From: Bdellovibrionales bacterium
GTDB taxonomy: Bacteria; Bdellovibrionota; Bdellovibrionia; Bdellovibrionales; UBA1609
Assembly: GCA_965199825.1 (NCBI GenBank)
Contig: OZ241329.1
Coordinates: 1-64,000, forward strand
DNA length: 64,000 nucleotides
Direction: 5' to 3'
Shown here: positions 61,519-64,000 of the stretch, piece after piece
Layout of the letters: each line of letters opens with the position of its first letter
Position numbering within the stretch: the first letter of the stretch is position 1
The notes under the pieces: generated by a model
What the model saw: only the letters and a program-made list of their open reading frames with translations
Told to the model about the DNA's origin: nothing
The model's database searches: none
Made by a program: the position numbers and the translations under genes

Positions 61519-62181
61519 TCAAGAGAACCCGACTTCAAAGACTTCGGCTTGCGAAATCGCAAAGATTTTTTTGTCCCTCGTTTGCTCAATTTTAAAACCA
61601 CCGGTCAACGAACCATAGGACGGCAATGTGATCGCATGAGGCTTGACCACAAAGCATGGCAAACGCAATTTCACCGATCCGTGTTTGAGCTGAATCACGG
61701 GATGGATATGGCCCGAAATCTCATATTCCCCTTTTGGCTTTTTGTGACCATGACTCAAAATTACTGGGCCCATCGCCAAAAAATCATCGATCAAGTCAAC
61801 ATCAAGTTCGCGCAAAAAAGGTAAGGATCCGCGCTCGTGATTGCCTAAGACGATTTGAAATTTGATATTTTTTTTTGGATCAAAAAACTTCTTTAGACTT
61901 AAAAAAAGATCATTGGTCCAACTATTTTTTTGATGAATCAAATCACCAAGGATGGCCACGGTTTGAACGTCATGTTCATTGATCAAAACTTTAAGACGTT
62001 CGAGGTCCTCAACATCACTTCCGATCGGGATCGGAATACCAAAGGATTGCAAACTTTCGGCTTTGCCCAAGTGAAGATCAGATAAAATTAATGTTTTTGT
62101 GCGCGGCCAGAAGATCACTTTTTCTTTTAACAAACGGAGTTCTTCGCCCGCAAACTCTAAGGTCATCCACTCTTTTTCCAC
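61519..62181 (-). CDS. pdeM: Ligase-associated DNA damage response endonuclease (metallophosphoesterase)
   Basis: SDLHLGK, LGDL.H, GNHE, GHIHP, LPSYG.LTGG; adjacent to lhr. Confidence 0.9.
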   Translation of the reverse strand: MEKEWMTLEFAGEELRLLKEKVIFWPRTKTLILSDLHLGKAESLQSFGIPIPIGSDVEDLERLKVLINEHDVQTVAILGDLIHQKNSWTNDLFLSLKKFFDPKKNIKFQIVLGNHERGSLPFLRELDVDLIDDFLAMGPVILSHGHKKPKGEYEISGHIHPVIQLKHGSVKLRLPCFVVKPHAITLPSYGSLTGGFKIEQTRDKKIFAISQAEVFEVGFS

Positions 62182-64000
62182 GCTTTCTGAAGGCGAGCAA
62201 CTTTCATTTCGATCGACTCATTGGAGAGGTGGTTGGCATTTTCCATCTCGATAAACAGTGGAAATGAGAGTGGTGAAGGATGTGAGAGGTTTTTCCACAA
62301 GACCTCAAGCCCACTCATGCGCTTTAATGTTCGCCGCATTCGGTCGGATTGGAGGGCATTTTTTAGGACTTCTTCTTGGGCTTGTTTATAAAGCAAATTG
62401 TCGGGCTCGTATTTTCTAAACACATCATAGAGTAAAGAAGAACTGATCTGCATTTGGCGGCCGGTTTTGTTTTTTCCAGGAAAGCCGGTAAACACAAGTC
62501 CTGCAATCGAGGCAATCTCGCGAAAGTGGCGTTGTTGCAGCTCGCTCAAATGCATGGATTCGGGAATTTCTTTTTCGATTTGTGCGTCCGAAAAAAACTC
62601 ATCGTCAAACAAACCCTCAAAATCGTAATCTTCTGGACCCAAAATCTCAAAGCCATAATCATTGACCGCAAACGAAAAGGTCGAGGGCTTGCGGCTTGCA
62701 AATCGATGGGCCCATAGCTGACTTAAACCTTCGTGCACAAGTTGCCCCTCAAATGGAAACACAAACAGATGCTTTCCTTTTCGCGATGTCCAACACTCAA
62801 TCAAAAGTTGGGTTTCATTGGGGAGTTCAGAATTTTCGCGTTGGGCTTTTAATAATGGTGCGAGCAGGCGTTCGAGATTGGGATGACGTTGATTCAAAGT
62901 TTTTCGTAAAGCCGAACTCAAAATTTCGGAAAGTGGAAAACGATTACCCGCCCATGATGGAATAACTTTGCAAGGCGCAGTCGAGGCCTTTACATAAGCG
63001 GTCATGTCTTTAAGCGAAAAGAGCTCGAGCTTTTTTCCGGCAAATTGAAACACATCACCTTTTTTAAATCTAGAGATAAAAGATTCTTCCACACTGCCCA
63101 ACCGGCGCCGATTGGTAAACGCAATTTGAACACTCTCGCGAGTGACAATCGTGCCAATCGACATGCGATGTTGCATGGCAAGCCTCACACTTGAAAAGCG
63201 ATAGGCTCCGTCTTTTTCGATAAGTTTTCGAAATTGCGGATAAGCCTTTAAAGTTTTTCCGCCCACGGTTAAAAACTGCAGACACCAATCGAGTTCTTCT
63301 TCTGTGATTGTCGAAAAGCTCATGGTTCTTTTTAAATCTTTGGCGAGCTGATCCATTTGAAGACCCGGCCCACAGGCCAAACTCATCATGTGTTGAATCA
63401 ACACATCGATGGGCTTAAACAACGGCGGTCTGACTTCGATCGAATGATTTTCTAAAGAATTTCGAATCGCTTCGAGTTCAAAAATTTCCCATGAGTTTGT
63501 GGGCACGAACAATAATCGCGAAGTCGCCTGAGGACGATGGGCTGAGCGCCCGGCTCGCTGCATAAATCGGGCAACCATCTTTGGACTTCCGATTTGGACC
63601 ACCTGCTCCACTGCTTGAAAGTCGACACCAAGATCAAGTGCCGAGGTGCAAACCACCCATTTGAGGGCCCCGATTTTTACACCCTCTTCGATACGCTCGC
63701 GCTCCTCGCGCGCCACCGATCCATGATGCAAAGCCATTTGCTCGGCCATATCGGGAACACTTTCGAGAAGCGAGGAATACCATCGTTCGGCTTGTGAGCG
63801 AGTGTTGGTAAAGATCAATGTGGATTTGGTGCGGTCTAACTGAGAGAACAATTTATTTTTAAGCGCAAATCCAAGATGCCCCGCCCATGGGAAGGCATCG
63901 ATTTTATCGGGCAAAAGACAATCAATATCTATGATCCGCTTTGAATGATCCGAAATGATGAGTGGCTCATCAGAAACACCAAGCGCAACTTGTGCGGCCT
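62163..64000 (-). CDS. lhr: Ligase-associated DEXH-box helicase (Lhr-core); 5'-partial
   Basis: FPWAGHLG, FTNTRSQAE, HHGS, LDLGVDF, QRAGRS.H; frame runs off the window. Confidence 0.92.
   Translation of the reverse strand, partial: AAQVALGVSDEPLIISDHSKRIIDIDCLLPDKIDAFPWAGHLGFALKNKLFSQLDRTKSTLIFTNTRSQAERWYSSLLESVPDMAEQMALHHGSVAREERERIEEGVKIGALKWVVCTSALDLGVDFQAVEQVVQIGSPKMVARFMQRAGRSAHRPQATSRLLFVPTNSWEIFELEAIRNSLENHSIEVRPPLFKPIDVLIQHMMSLACGPGLQMDQLAKDLKRTMSFSTITEEELDWCLQFLTVGGKTLKAYPQFRKLIEKDGAYRFSSVRLAMQHRMSIGTIVTRESVQIAFTNRRRLGSVEESFISRFKKGDVFQFAGKKLELFSLKDMTAYVKASTAPCKVIPSWAGNRFPLSEILSSALRKTLNQRHPNLERLLAPLLKAQRENSELPNETQLLIECWTSRKGKHLFVFPFEGQLVHEGLSQLWAHRFASRKPSTFSFAVNDYGFEILGPEDYDFEGLFDDEFFSDAQIEKEIPESMHLSELQQRHFREIASIAGLVFTGFPGKNKTGRQMQISSSLLYDVFRKYEPDNLLYKQAQEEVLKNALQSDRMRRTLKRMSGLEVLWKNLSHPSPLSFPLFIEMENANHLSNESIEMKVARLQKAWKKSG

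Overview
A 64-kb, gene-dense bacterial chromosome segment. Gene content and style point to a Bdellovibrionota (Bdellovibrio/Oligoflexia-like) organism; this is inference from family recognition, not a search. Housekeeping blocks are idh, hslO, fbaB-lysS, MFS-nfu, astB, queA-tgt-yajC-secDF, mgtE, an rlmI-like methyltransferase, a long hem operon with an embedded two-component system, and lhr-pdeM. Four accessory features stand out. (i) A divergent Glt/Agl-like envelope cluster (lipoprotein, collagen-like protein, TPR, CglF-like, AgmX/PglI-C, beta-barrel) is driven by two back-to-back sigma54 promoters. (ii) A tRNA-Leu(GAG)-anchored islet carries a DUF222-like/HNH nuclease gene. The gene is bracketed by a degenerate copy of the tRNA 3' end plus trailer, and a 17-bp stretch of its coding linker recurs upstream; the 11-bp core of that stretch occurs four times. 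(iii) A signal-peptide protein appears to be built from four tandem Phd/YefM antitoxin-type modules. (iv) A secreted caspase/legumain-like protease and several decaying genes lie nearby. Many genes look leaderless. No CRISPR array, integrase or transposase was seen.
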